The translations under genes were made by a program, and so were the position numbers. The notes beneath the pieces are model-generated. The model saw nothing but the letters and a program-made list of their open reading frames with translations. It did not search any database and was not told the DNA's origin. From Candidatus Levyibacteriota bacterium (GTDB lineage: Bacteria; Patescibacteriota; Microgenomatia; Levybacterales; UBA12049), in assembly GCA_963716145.1 (NCBI GenBank), contig OY970292.1, positions 597,171 to 661,170 on the forward strand: a stretch of 64,000 nucleotides of DNA. Reading direction: 5' to 3'. Below, in pieces: positions 50,631-59,690 of this stretch (positions are counted from its first letter, which is position 1; each line of letters opens with the position of its first letter).

Positions 50631-51884
50631 TCAAGAGGGATTTTTGCTTTTTGCTTCGGTTTTTGATTTTTTAGCACGTATGAAAACTATTAACCCTGCC
50701 AAAAGCAAATAGTACCCTATCCAAACAGCAGCTGATACAGCAGGAATTGTCAGAGTCCAGCCAAAATTGGCAAAATACGCGACTATTTTTTCGAAAAAGA
50801 AAAGGATGGGCTCACAGAGAAATAAGAAAACTTTTCCGAGTGGTTCAAAAACTATTCCCAAAATAACTCCAAGTGAGCCCAAAATCATAAGCACAGGCAC
50901 GGTCCAGAGAATAAGCGCGTTAACCAAAATTGACAGCAATCCATATTGCCCAAAAATTGAAAGAAGAATGGGAAGTGTGGCTATTTGCGCTGCTACAGTA
51001 GTCCAAACATCATCCAACAGGGAAAAGTTTTTGGGCGTTGGAAAGAGAGGCTTAATCACAAGAATTCCTAAAGTAGCGAGAAAAGACAGTTGAAACCCAA
51101 TATCTGTGACTAGAAATGGCGACAGCAGAAGCATGATATAACCGGTAAGAAAGACAGAAGCGAGGGCAAAGTTTTGCCTTCCCAGTAGGCTTGCTGAGAA
51201 AGCAAGGATACTCATGATTGCAGCTCTGACTATAGAAGGCTCAAAACCGGCCAGGAAAGCATAAAAAACAATTCCAAAAATCGCTATAGTAAGTGCTATT
51301 TGCCTTTTGAAAATTACCCCAAGAATAGCTATCAATGCGCTCGCTACAAACGTCACATTCATGCCGGATGCCGCAATTACGTGAATTACCCCAACACTTC
51401 GCAGTTGGAGCAAAAAGTTTTGCGGCATGTTTTGATTACCTCCGAATATAATTCCGTTCAATAGACCTGCTGAGGCTGTAGGAAGATTATCTTGGAATAA
51501 TTTTGTAGCTTTTCTTCTTACGTAGGTTGCTGCGGATGTAATAAAATTTTGCTCAGTATGATCTATTTGGAGAGCTGGAGACTTAATTTTGTTAAAAATG
51601 TGACCTTTGTAATTATTTTGTGAAATAACTCCCTCAATTTTAATTCTGTCTCCGTATTGATAAATCGGAGATAGTCCTGTAATTATTGTGATTCTTTCTC
51701 CATTACCATTTTTTACCCGGAATTGCTGATGACCGTAGATGATTTGGGGCTCCTCTGTCAAGCGGGTATTAAATTTTATTTTCTGCCCCTCCGCATAGGA
51801 TTCTTGATTGATATTAAAAAGTATCAATCTTAAAATCAGAAAAATCAATAGAATTAATAGGACTATTATATAATTTCTTCTCAT
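50631..51884 (-). CDS. comEC: ComEC/Rec2-family DNA-uptake channel (competence domain; no beta-lactamase domain)
   Basis: 'GVIHVIAASGMNVTFVASAL' and 'EPSIVRAAIMS' competence-domain motifs. 417 aa. Confidence 0.75.
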   Translation of the reverse strand: MRRNYIIVLLILLIFLILRLILFNINQESYAEGQKIKFNTRLTEEPQIIYGHQQFRVKNGNGERITIITGLSPIYQYGDRIKIEGVISQNNYKGHIFNKIKSPALQIDHTEQNFITSAATYVRRKATKLFQDNLPTASAGLLNGIIFGGNQNMPQNFLLQLRSVGVIHVIAASGMNVTFVASALIAILGVIFKRQIALTIAIFGIVFYAFLAGFEPSIVRAAIMSILAFSASLLGRQNFALASVFLTGYIMLLLSPFLVTDIGFQLSFLATLGILVIKPLFPTPKNFSLLDDVWTTVAAQIATLPILLSIFGQYGLLSILVNALILWTVPVLMILGSLGVILGIVFEPLGKVFLFLCEPILFFFEKIVAYFANFGWTLTIPAVSAAVWIGYYLLLAGLIVFIRAKKSKTEAKSKNPS

Positions 51885-51948
51885 GCTAAAATGATGATAT
51901 CATTTATTTATCTTTTTGCGATAGGCTTTTTGCAGAAAGGACAAGCTG

Positions 51949-52695
51949 ATGACGAAAAAGAAAAAAGGCGGCTTTATCAATCTATTAAGTCAGATTTTTA
52001 CAAAACCATCTGAGTCATCTAATGCGCATGGAGCTATAGTCAGATCTGTCTGGCTTCTGCGAATTTTTACCTTCCTATTTGGTATTTATCAGATTTTTTT
52101 TGGGGAAATGCTTATTGGGATAATGATTGTCCTGTGCGTGATCTTTCTGGTCGCTCCCTCTATTTTCACTAGAGGCCGCATAACCGATATTCCTTTGGAG
52201 ATTGAGTTTTTTCTCTTTATTATGGTTGTTTTTCAATACGTGATTGGGGAGACGCAGGGTTTTTATAGGAATATAGTTCATTATGATGATGTTATCCATT
52301 TTTTCTTTCCTTTTCTGATCAGCGTGATTGGTTTTACGATTGCTTATACGCTCTATTTCTCACGCAAGTTAAAGCTTTCCATTGGTACAATGATATTTCT
52401 TGTTATAGTTGTTACGCTTGGAATTGGGGCGTTTTGGGAGATAATTGAGTATGGCAATGATATACTCCTCGTCCCCCACCTTAAAAATTGGCACAGATTT
52501 CAGGGATCCAGCGCCGCGGTAGCCAATTCTGACACGATGAGTGATCTGGTTGCGGATCTACTAGGCGGGATTTGCGGTGCGGTCATCGCTTCAAGATACA
52601 TAATTGAGGCAAAATATAACAAGCGCTTAAATGAGCTTTTCAGAGAGATCATGCGGGACTTCTTTAAAAAAAGAAGAAGAGTCAAAAAACACTAA
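51949..52695 (+). CDS. Hypothetical integral membrane protein (248 aa)
   Basis: Multiple transmembrane helices. C-terminal basic tail. Confidence 0.45.
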   Translation: MTKKKKGGFINLLSQIFTKPSESSNAHGAIVRSVWLLRIFTFLFGIYQIFFGEMLIGIMIVLCVIFLVAPSIFTRGRITDIPLEIEFFLFIMVVFQYVIGETQGFYRNIVHYDDVIHFFFPFLISVIGFTIAYTLYFSRKLKLSIGTMIFLVIVVTLGIGAFWEIIEYGNDILLVPHLKNWHRFQGSSAAVANSDTMSDLVADLLGGICGAVIASRYIIEAKYNKRLNELFREIMRDFFKKRRRVKKH

Positions 52696-52699
52696 CTAT

Positions 52700-53148
52700 A
52701 TTTCTACACTTTTGTGAAAATGGGACCCAAATCATACTCTTATCTGTTCTTTTGTGCCGACAAAAGAACCAAAAGCTCGTGAGCAGCAAAGTCGCCCTAT
52801 TTTTCTTCAGTAGCTCACGGGGGATTGTCCTCCCCCTTCGGCCACTCAGCTTTCAGCTTCGAGCCGGATTCCCCCTGTTTCGCTACTTTGAAAAACTTAA
52901 CGCGCTTGTTTGAATGCTCACACACGAAAAAATAATTAATGACTAAAGATTTTGCCGTTCGCTGCGTAATGCATGAAAAAGTTTGCGAATGCATCAGGGG
53001 GATTCCTCAGTCATGCGAAGCATGGATTGAGGAGGGGGTGAAATCACCCGATAAGTGAGCAAATCTTTTGAGAGCATGTAGCGAGACTAGGCAATAGTTT
53101 TGCGCACTTTTGCTACCAAAAGTGCAAGAATAAAGCTAAAATTGAAAA
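52700..53148. ncRNA. Unassigned GC-rich structured non-coding region; possibly RNase P RNA-like, unverified
   Basis: About 450 bp with no ORF in an AT-rich genome. Many strong hairpins: cttttgtgccgacaaaaga; cgtgagc..gctcacg; gggggattgtcctccccc; gcacttttgctaccaaaagtgc. 'GGGGGUGAAAUCACCCGAUAAGUGAGC' resembles the RNase P CR-II 'AGGGUGAAA..GGUAAGAGCGC'. 'GCAAAGUCGCCC' is weakly CR-I-like. Confidence 0.3.
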
Positions 53149-53820
53149 TTAGTAAACCGATATCTTGTCTTTTATCTTCTCAAATACACTCTGTCCGACC
53201 GCTTTTTTACTGACTAAGTCCTCAATTTTTTCATACGGCCTGTTGTTTATTATCTTCCCTGAGGTTACCGGGCCAACTCCCGGCAAACTGTCAAGCTGGA
53301 CAGCGCTTGCAGAATTGATGTTGATGGTCCCGCTGTTTGAATCCCCCACCGCGCTTGAGTCGCCGGTTAATCCCTGCGCGATATTTGTTGATCCGCCAAG
53401 AGGAGAAGCCGTATCGCCAATAAATGGAATATAAATTTTTCCTCCATCCACCACTTTTGAAGCTAAATTTAACCCTTTGGAAACTTTTTCCCGATCTGCT
53501 TTATCCGATAACCCACCTGCCGCGATCAAAGCATCCTGAATCCTGGCATCTTTCTGCAGTTTATAAACTCCGGGACTTATCACAGCTCCCTCAACATCAA
53601 GTGTGATTTCAGAAGCTTTAGTTTTTGCTGCCGCGACATCAGCAACTTCCGCAGTGTCTGCTGCTCCTTCTGCCAAAATATCCTGATTTTGCTTATTGTG
53701 ATTTACGGATGTTATCAGACCATATAGCAAGAATGCCAATCCGAATACTCCTAGTAGAATGGGAATCCAATATTTTCTAAGAATTGGGGCATATTTTTCC
53801 TGAAGTTCTGAGAAATCCAT
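53149..53820 (-). CDS. comEA: ComEA-like DNA receptor (transmembrane anchor, SLBB domain, C-terminal helix-hairpin-helix)
   Basis: C-terminus 'INSASAVQLDSLPGVGPVTSGKIINNRPYEKIEDLVSKKAVGQSVFEKIKDKI' contains HhH motifs. Confidence 0.75.
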   Translation of the reverse strand: MDFSELQEKYAPILRKYWIPILLGVFGLAFLLYGLITSVNHNKQNQDILAEGAADTAEVADVAAAKTKASEITLDVEGAVISPGVYKLQKDARIQDALIAAGGLSDKADREKVSKGLNLASKVVDGGKIYIPFIGDTASPLGGSTNIAQGLTGDSSAVGDSNSGTININSASAVQLDSLPGVGPVTSGKIINNRPYEKIEDLVSKKAVGQSVFEKIKDKISVY

Positions 53821-53861
53821 TAGTTACAGAATAAATGTTTGGAAAGAGGATGTAAAGAGGG

Positions 53862-54383
53862 TTATTGTCTTACTACTCTGACTGCTTCCGCCCGGCCTTT
53901 AAGTGTTAATAGTTTTTTTCCAACTTCTATTTTTGCCTTACCCGTCCAATAGTCACCACCATCGCTAGCTATTAAGGGGTTTGTAGCCTTTTCTCCGGGA
54001 ACTAAGTTTTGTCCTAACAAATTAAATTCATTTTCTACTGAACGGTAGTTTTTAGATGATCGTCTCTTTGCTACCACTCCTGTGAGTTCATGCTCTCTCC
54101 GGATAGAATTGAGATGCGGAATTACTTTGGGTAATGACAAAGCAGAATGATCAGTAGCTTCTATAATCCCCCTATCTTCCAATAATTGCGCTTGGTGACC
54201 TATAACTTCCAGTTTTAAATCTCTGGAAGCCGGATCTGCTTCAACCCAATCCCAAATTGCTCTCCACCTTCCAGTTTGAGCCGCTTGTCTTTCCTCTTTA
54301 CTTAAGCCCCCCCCCAGGGCTGGTCTGGTATCTGCTGACATAGCTGGAATTATAAACTTATGGTCTTTACATGTCAATAACAA
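53862..54383 (-). CDS. Hypothetical protein (173 aa; GC-richer; start probably the internal Met at ~54338)
   Basis: ORF only. Overlaps the leuS stop by 17 nt. Confidence 0.35.
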   Translation of the reverse strand: MLLTCKDHKFIIPAMSADTRPALGGGLSKEERQAAQTGRWRAIWDWVEADPASRDLKLEVIGHQAQLLEDRGIIEATDHSALSLPKVIPHLNSIRREHELTGVVAKRRSSKNYRSVENEFNLLGQNLVPGEKATNPLIASDGGDYWTGKAKIEVGKKLLTLKGRAEAVRVVRQ

Positions 54384-57228
54384 AATTTAGAACTTTTCCC
54401 TCAATATAAATTGCTTGTTTAATATTTTTTCCTTCTAGGAATATAGCCACCTTCTGATCTTTTCTGGCCATTTCTTCTATTTTGGCTTTATCTTTACTTT
54501 CTGAAGACGGAACCTCAAGCATTCCTCTTAATTTTCCATTGACCTGAACCGGAATCTTGACTGTATCCGCAACCAGATACTTTTTATCATGCTTTGGCCA
54601 GGGACTTGTATGGATAGACTCAAATCTTTGATCTTTGATCTTTGATCTTTGATCTTTGAAGATTTGTTGAAACAAATCTTCTGCCATGTGCGGTGCGAAA
54701 GGCGCGAGAAGCTTGAGGTAAACTTCCGCTTCCTCCTGACTAACAGAATTCTGCTTACTCAGAAAGTTGTAATAAGTCATAAGATGGGCAATCGCGGTAT
54801 TAAACCGCAGGTTTTCCATCTCCTCAGTCACCAATTTTATGGTCTGATGCATCATCCGCAAACCATTATTGGAAATTGGAAATTGGAAATTGGAAATTGG
54901 AGCTTCCGAAAAAAGCTTCCAGATCTTTTTGAGGAAGCGATGCATACCCTGAACGCCTTCATCGCGAAAATCCCCTTCTTGGCTAAATCGTGCCATAAAA
55001 TGGAGATACATCCTGAGAGAATCTGCACCGAACTTCTTGATATAAAGATCAGGACCTACCACATTACCTTTGCTTTTACTCATCTTTGCTCCGTCCTTAA
55101 TTATTAAACCGTGGGCAAAAAATCGGGCAAATGGTTCTTCAAAGCCTATCTTACCCAAATCTTTTAGGAACATGGTGATAAACCGCGCATACAAGAGATG
55201 AAGAACCGAATGCTCGGCCCCTCCTATATACATATGTACCGGCAACCAAGCCAGCCGCTGGCTGGAATTGCCAATTCCTGCCTTGCCGGCAGGCAGGTCT
55301 AATTTCAAATTTCCAATTTGTTTTGAATTTTTGTCATTTGTATTTTGTATTTGTTTCGGATTTAGTGCTTCGGATTTCGGATTCAGCATTGGAAACGGTA
55401 TATCATCTTGATCCGTTGCCAAATATCTCAAGAAGTACCAAGCAGAATCAAGAAATGTATCTGATACATCAGTCTCTCTTCTGGCTGGATGACCACAGTG
55501 AGGACATTTGACCTCAAAAAACTCAGGATGATTGGCAAGGGGAGAATTGACTGCCTCACCTTTGGAATTCTGCTTTGCAGAACCAAGTGGTTTGAAATCT
55601 TCAATATACGGAAGCTTAACGGGAAGATTCTCCTCTGGAAACCAGCCACTCATTTCGGAAAACTCGGAAGACTCAGATGATCGGTTTGTCTGATTTTCAG
55701 ACTTATCAGATTGTCTGACTTTCTGGCCTGCTGAGTTTTCTGAGTGTTCTGAAGTAAACCAGGATAAACCTTTAGTTGCGCACTTCTCACAATAAATCAT
55801 CGGGATCGGCGGTCCCCAGTATCTTTGCCTCGAAATCAGCCAATCACGAAGATGATAAGTGGTTGTTTTGTCCCCAAATTCTTTCTCCTTGATAAACTCA
55901 AGCATTTTTGCCTTGGCCGCAGCATTTGTTAATCCATTAAATTCGCCAGAATCAAATAATTCGCTCTTGTCGGCAAATTTTGTTTTAATTTCCGGGTAAT
56001 CCCAGAAGCCGTCTTTCTCGACTTTTGCTCCCTGAACACCTTCTTTTGGCTTAACAACCGGTTTTATCGGCAAACCAAACTTCTTAGCAAATTCATGATC
56101 ACGAGCATCATGGCCTGGAACACCCATAACAGCACCTGTTCCATAACCCATCAAAACATAATCCGCTACCCATAGAGGAACTTTTTCACCATTAAAAGGA
56201 TTAATCATATAGGCTCCGCTGAATACTCCTGTCTTTTCTTTACCTTCACCGGCTCTTTCTATATCTGACTTATTTTTAGCTTGACTTATATAGTCATTGA
56301 CAGACTTGATGACCTTTTCATCCTGAACTTGTTTCAGGATCTGCTGTACCAATGGGTTTTCCGGAGAAATAACCATAAATGTTACACCGTAAATCGTATC
56401 AATTGCCGTAGTAAAAACTTCAACTTTGAACTTTGAACTTTGAACTTTGAACTCGATCCGAGCCCCTTCGGATCGTCCTATCCAGTTTCTTTGGGCAATT
56501 TTGACCTTTTCAGTCCAGTTTAGACTATCTATATTACCTAATAAACGATCCGCGTATTTGGTGATCCGGAAAAACCACTGCTCTAAATTCTTCTTTTCAA
56601 CAACAGAACTACATCTTTCACACTTCCCGTCAATTACCTGTTCATCTGCCAGAACCGTTTTGCAGGAAGGGCAGAAATTTACCGGAGATTTTTTTCTGTA
56701 TGCCAGGCCTTCTTTAAAGAGTTGAACAAAAAGCCACTGAGTCCATTTATAATAGTCGGGTTTGTAAGTCTCTACCGTTCTTCCCCAATCAACCCCTATG
56801 CCGGCTTCTTTGATCTGTCGGTAAAAATTTTTCTCAGTAACCTGAGCAAGTGTCATTGGGTTCTTACCAATTTTAAGGGCATAGTTTTCGGCATGAATTC
56901 CAAAGCCATCCAGACCAAATGGTTGGAAGACGTTGTTCCCCTGCATTCTCTTAAACCGTCCATAGATATCAACTCCGGCGAATGTTCTCACTCCTCCGAT
57001 ATGCAATCCTTCGGCTGATGGGTAGGGAAACATCATTAGATTGTAAAAAGGCCTGAGTGGTGAGCCAGTCGAACCATCTTGTCCTGAGCTTGTCGAAGGA
57101 TTAGCAGACTCGAGGTCCGGGTGATAAATTTCTTCTTTTTGCCAAATAGATTGCCATTTCAGCTCAATCGTTGCAGGATCGTACTTGTTTATGGCTAAAT
57201 TTTGCTGTTTTTTGTCTGTTTTTTTCAT
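54367..57228 (-). CDS. leuS: Leucine--tRNA ligase
   Basis: 953 aa. 'FPYPSAEGLHIGG' (HIGH region) and 'KMSKSKGN'. Carries four in-frame simple-sequence insertions. Confidence 0.9.
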   Translation of the reverse strand: MKKTDKKQQNLAINKYDPATIELKWQSIWQKEEIYHPDLESANPSTSSGQDGSTGSPLRPFYNLMMFPYPSAEGLHIGGVRTFAGVDIYGRFKRMQGNNVFQPFGLDGFGIHAENYALKIGKNPMTLAQVTEKNFYRQIKEAGIGVDWGRTVETYKPDYYKWTQWLFVQLFKEGLAYRKKSPVNFCPSCKTVLADEQVIDGKCERCSSVVEKKNLEQWFFRITKYADRLLGNIDSLNWTEKVKIAQRNWIGRSEGARIEFKVQSSKFKVEVFTTAIDTIYGVTFMVISPENPLVQQILKQVQDEKVIKSVNDYISQAKNKSDIERAGEGKEKTGVFSGAYMINPFNGEKVPLWVADYVLMGYGTGAVMGVPGHDARDHEFAKKFGLPIKPVVKPKEGVQGAKVEKDGFWDYPEIKTKFADKSELFDSGEFNGLTNAAAKAKMLEFIKEKEFGDKTTTYHLRDWLISRQRYWGPPIPMIYCEKCATKGLSWFTSEHSENSAGQKVRQSDKSENQTNRSSESSEFSEMSGWFPEENLPVKLPYIEDFKPLGSAKQNSKGEAVNSPLANHPEFFEVKCPHCGHPARRETDVSDTFLDSAWYFLRYLATDQDDIPFPMLNPKSEALNPKQIQNTNDKNSKQIGNLKLDLPAGKAGIGNSSQRLAWLPVHMYIGGAEHSVLHLLYARFITMFLKDLGKIGFEEPFARFFAHGLIIKDGAKMSKSKGNVVGPDLYIKKFGADSLRMYLHFMARFSQEGDFRDEGVQGMHRFLKKIWKLFSEAPISNFQFPISNNGLRMMHQTIKLVTEEMENLRFNTAIAHLMTYYNFLSKQNSVSQEEAEVYLKLLAPFAPHMAEDLFQQIFKDQRSKIKDQRFESIHTSPWPKHDKKYLVADTVKIPVQVNGKLRGMLEVPSSESKDKAKIEEMARKDQKVAIFLEGKNIKQAIYIEGKVLNFVIDM
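54624..54658. repeat. Tandem heptamer (atctttg)x5 inside leuS, encoding 'FKDQRSKIKDQR'
   Basis: Perfect tandem repeat. Confidence 0.9.
54871..54900. repeat. Tandem heptamer (ggaaatt)x4 inside leuS, encoding 'PISNFQFPISN'
   Basis: Same unit and same peptide as the argS repeat at 26204. Confidence 0.9.
56422..56453. repeat. Tandem heptamer (aactttg)x4 inside leuS, encoding 'FKVQSSKFKVEV'
   Basis: Perfect tandem repeat. Confidence 0.9.
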
Positions 57229-57619
57229 TTTTTGCTTATTTAATCATTTTTTGCCGAAATTCTTTGTATTATCTAAAGTATACCACACAAAAAAAATATA
57301 AAAAAGTAGCTTAAATTTCCCGAATTAAGCAAGTTTTGCTAGCCCTGTAGTTAAATTAGCGAATTAGCTTCATATCTTATGTTGTATCATTTGATCTCTT
57401 TAGAGTAGGTTATTTTGAACCTAAAAAAAATAATTGGTAAATTAATAAGTAATTATTTGATAAATAACGGTAAAATATAGTCCTGTAGGTTTTTTAGCTC
57501 TCTTTAACTATTTGCTAATTGTTATTTGCAAATTGTCGTAGACGGTTTGTCTTTTCGGACTAAATAAACTAACATTAAAATGCCGATTGCCAATTTTAAT
57601 TTGAAATTTAAAATTCGAA

Positions 57620-58375
57620 ATGAAGCATAAATTTAAAATGTTTAAAAATTTAGTAATTGAAAATTCACTGAAAATTGAAAATTGTAAATTGAAAATTCTT
57701 ATTATTTGCTTATTTGCTTATTTGCTTATTTGCTTATTCTCACCAAAAGCCTTTGCGTCGACTTCCTCAAACAACAATTACAATATCGATTTGCAAGACA
57801 TAGATATTAATCCGGAAAGGTCTGGAGTGGCCCCCCAACCCTACCAGATGGTTGCTACTGAGCCGCTAGATAAGACACCCGACATTACCTTCGGTAACTC
57901 GGCAATAACTTTTTCAACAGACAATAATCTTATTGATTTTGGGATACTGTCTCCGGCTAATCCTGTTGCCAGAACCGTCAATTTATCTATAATAAATGCT
58001 CAAACGCAGTATCAGCTTTTGGCATTTGAGGATCACCCGCTGTCAACAGGAAGCACCATAATTCCCGATACGACTTGCGAGGATGGGCAGTGCTCGGAGA
58101 TAAAAGAAAGCCAATGGATCAACAATTTAACTTACGGATTCGGATTCCGCTGTGACGATATCACAGACTCAGCGTGTATTGGATTTTCAACTGATAATAA
58201 CTACAAGCAATTTGCAGACAGTGCCAAGCAGGAAAAACAGCAGGCAATAATCACAAGCTTGCTAAATTATGGAGATAATAAGGCTAAGCTTACCTTTAAA
58301 TTAAATGCTGCAGGAACCCAAAAACCCGGGGTTTACACTAATACAATCACCTTTATAGCCGTACCGAATTATTAA
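57620..58375 (+). CDS. Secreted hypothetical surface protein (251 aa)
   Basis: Signal peptide encoded partly by a (gcttattt)x4 repeat at 57702..57738. Cys-containing mature domain. The true start is probably downstream of 57620. Confidence 0.45.
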   Translation: MKHKFKMFKNLVIENSLKIENCKLKILIICLFAYLLICLFSPKAFASTSSNNNYNIDLQDIDINPERSGVAPQPYQMVATEPLDKTPDITFGNSAITFSTDNNLIDFGILSPANPVARTVNLSIINAQTQYQLLAFEDHPLSTGSTIIPDTTCEDGQCSEIKESQWINNLTYGFGFRCDDITDSACIGFSTDNNYKQFADSAKQEKQQAIITSLLNYGDNKAKLTFKLNAAGTQKPGVYTNTITFIAVPNY

Positions 58376-58408
58376 TGTGTATATAGTATTTATTGTCGTT
58401 GATATAGT

Positions 58409-59419
58409 ATGAAAAGCGCAAACTTCAAGCTTCAAATTTGGGTTATTTGTTTATTGGGTTATTTGTTTATTGGGTTATTCTCGCAAGCTAAGGCTCAAGC
58501 GGTTAGCTTGCGGGTTTACCCTTCTCTAATAAAAATCAATGCCGAGTCTCCAAGCGATCTTAACACAAATATAAATATAGAAAACTTGTCAGACAAAGCG
58601 GTCGAGATTGAGACCCAAATTAAATTATTTAAAACACAAGAAAAAGAAAACGGTCAGGTTGAATATTTAAAAAGTAGTGAAAATCCAAATGAAATTTTAA
58701 ATAGAATACAAATTCTTAGTAAGGATAATGTGATTACAGGACTGAGTCTTGGCCCAAAACAAAAGACGTCTTTAAAACTCAAAATTTCACTAAATGAAAA
58801 TGATCTTGGTAATGACTATTACTTCTCAGTCATATTTATAACCAAATCAAAAGCTTCTCAAGTACAAAATGGTTCCGCCGCATCAATTCAAAGTAGTTTC
58901 TCCAAAATCAATATGGGCGTTGCGGCAAACGTGTTATTGTCAGCAGGGTCTGCCCATTCGACAAGCTCAGGACAGACTTCAGCCGCAATTGAAGAGTTTT
59001 CCTCTCCCCAATATGTTGAAAAAGGACCGCTGCCTTTTACTATCAAGATTCACAATAACGGATCAACCTATATTAGCCCCAAAGGGAGGATAGAAATTAC
59101 CAACATGTTCGGGCAAAGGATTGGCAAGGTTGATCTGCCCGCTCAAAATATTCTGGCTAATAGCAGCAGGTATCTTGCTACGCAAGATCAACTTATAACT
59201 TATAACTCATCACTTATAACTCCGAAGGCTGTTTGGCCTGAAAAATTTTTACTTGGATTTTATAAATCTACCTTAGTAGTTGAATTATCTGATAAAGGAC
59301 CAACGCTTGACAAAACAATTCAATTCTTTGCCTTTCCATCTAAATTCATATTGGTACTAATTATTGCTATAGTAATATTTTTGCTAATCAGAAGAAGAGT
59401 AAAGCAAAAAATGCTATAA
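58409..59419 (+). CDS. Cell-surface protein with signal peptide and C-terminal transmembrane anchor (336 aa)
   Basis: Signal peptide encoded by a (gggttatttgtttatt)x2 repeat at 58440..58480. C-terminus 'FILVLIIAIVIFLLIRRRVKQK'. Confidence 0.5.
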   Translation: MKSANFKLQIWVICLLGYLFIGLFSQAKAQAVSLRVYPSLIKINAESPSDLNTNINIENLSDKAVEIETQIKLFKTQEKENGQVEYLKSSENPNEILNRIQILSKDNVITGLSLGPKQKTSLKLKISLNENDLGNDYYFSVIFITKSKASQVQNGSAASIQSSFSKINMGVAANVLLSAGSAHSTSSGQTSAAIEEFSSPQYVEKGPLPFTIKIHNNGSTYISPKGRIEITNMFGQRIGKVDLPAQNILANSSRYLATQDQLITYNSSLITPKAVWPEKFLLGFYKSTLVVELSDKGPTLDKTIQFFAFPSKFILVLIIAIVIFLLIRRRVKQKML

Positions 59420-59690
59420 GGTTAATTTGCTATCTGACAAGCCTTACTCTTCAACCATTGTATTTTCTTCTTACAGTTAGAATTTTCATAAGTAAATTTT
59501 GCATTTTTTCCAGGCGTGAATAAATTATTGTTAAGTTTAGTTTTGAGTATTCCCCCGTGAAAATAAATGAAAACCAAATGTGTACATACTTTTGATTTTG
59601 TGCATTGACAAGTTTATTAATATATGTCGTAATGGAGCTAGACAAACTATGACAGGTTATGTCATTTAGGCTCTGAGACCTATTCTGCCC

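Noticed and set aside
52700-53148. tmRNA (ssrA) assignment for the structured region; an 'FAA*' tag-like frame 'ctaaagattttgccgttcgctgcgtaa' was noted
   Set aside because: No tRNA-like acceptor / T-arm (GGGGG-TTCGAnTCC-CCCCC...CCA) could be found on either strand. The 'AA*' ending is probably coincidental.
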